Sequence record: SRR31156797_1248
Direction: 5' to 3' (one strand)
Length of the DNA stretch: 39,496 bases
Position numbers and translations under genes: made by a program. Within the stretch, counting starts at the first letter, position 1; every line of letters begins with the position of its first letter. The notes below the pieces were generated by a model. It worked only from the letters and a program-made list of their open reading frames with translations, ran no database searches and was not told where the DNA came from. Of the stretch, positions 39,042 to 39,496 are shown one piece after another.

Positions 39042-39113
39042 CAGGTTTTCCTCTAGATCCACTAGAAAATGACTTGTTAACCTTACTCAGAACGAAACAT
39101 GTCGTGTGAAATA

Positions 39114-39122
39114 TGGTACAAT
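39114..39122 (+). promoter_or_regulatory. Extended -10 promoter element upstream of the rbgA leader
   Basis: TGgTACAAT. Confidence 0.6.
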
Positions 39123-39139
39123 AACGAAGATAAAAGGTA

Positions 39140-39429
39140 GTAAAAAGCAGTCGGTCTAATGGTAAAGGTGTCAGAAAAAAGGAAGAATGAGTGGATAGAC
39201 AAGCTTTTTCCAACCACTTCCCCAAAATTAAAAAGCGAGAAAGCGCGTATGACGCATGAGAATCGCGCTGAAAGCTTTACCTATGCACGAGGTTGGAACA
39301 AGAACATTGTCCTAAAGCAATTTTAGCAAAATGCCCAGTGTGACTAGTTTCTCTGATGGTTTTAGAGCAAATAGTCCTCGTTCTTGTCAGATATATACTG
39401 CATGGATTTAGACACTACTGTCTTTTTAC
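39140..39429 (+). ncRNA. Candidate highly structured RNA (leader of rbgA or stand-alone ncRNA); family not recognised
   Basis: End-to-end closing helix plus several nested helices (see findings); no long ORF on this strand. Confidence 0.5.
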
Positions 39430-39464
39430 CAATTCGAAGAAGTACCAAGGAGGAAAACGTTCAA

Positions 39465-39496
39465 ATGACCATTCAATGGTTTCCAGGCCATATGGC
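39465..39496 (+). CDS. rbgA: Ribosome biogenesis GTPase RbgA/YlqF (5' fragment)
   Basis: MTIQWFPGHMA is the characteristic RbgA N-terminus; SD AAGGAGG at 39447-39453. Confidence 0.92.
   Translation, partial: MTIQWFPGHM

Noticed and set aside
39359-39368. GTTTTAGAGC, identical to the start of type II-A CRISPR repeats
   Set aside because: Single 10-nt match that diverges immediately; no repeat-spacer array or cas genes

Overview
Chromosomal segment of a low-GC Gram-positive bacterium, almost certainly Enterococcus (the E. casseliflavus/gallinarum group is my inference). Order: tail of an upstream CDS; mltG, greA; liaFSR; ktrA-like, HesB/YneR-like and GtrB-like GT2 genes; reverse-strand 2-hydroxyacid dehydrogenase and DUF1189-like genes; a truncated plus an intact gtrA; sodA; csp; tagD, tagH, tagG, LCP; class B PBP; a small basic protein plus CPA1 antiporter; ABC-F, thyA, an unknown 248-aa gene, folA; hlyIII; degV, SGNH lipase, YpmS-like, msrA, YozE-like, ctpA, lepB; an Ebp-like pilus locus (Mga-like regulator, vWA tip pilin, shaft pilin, class C sortase, no base pilin); and the start of rbgA. 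I found no IS, phage, CRISPR, rRNA or tRNA. Best leads: (1) a nested, multi-helix ~290-nt putative RNA upstream of rbgA; (2) a divergent GT-A/DxD-like protein inside the thyA-folA operon; (3) a perfect 18-bp anti-Shine-Dalgarno hairpin over the mltG RBS, with candidate promoters upstream of it and inside its loop; (4) a two-pilin Ebp-type locus whose sortase lacks the DP(W/F/Y) lid motif. All pairings and motifs were found by eye; no folding or database searches were run.
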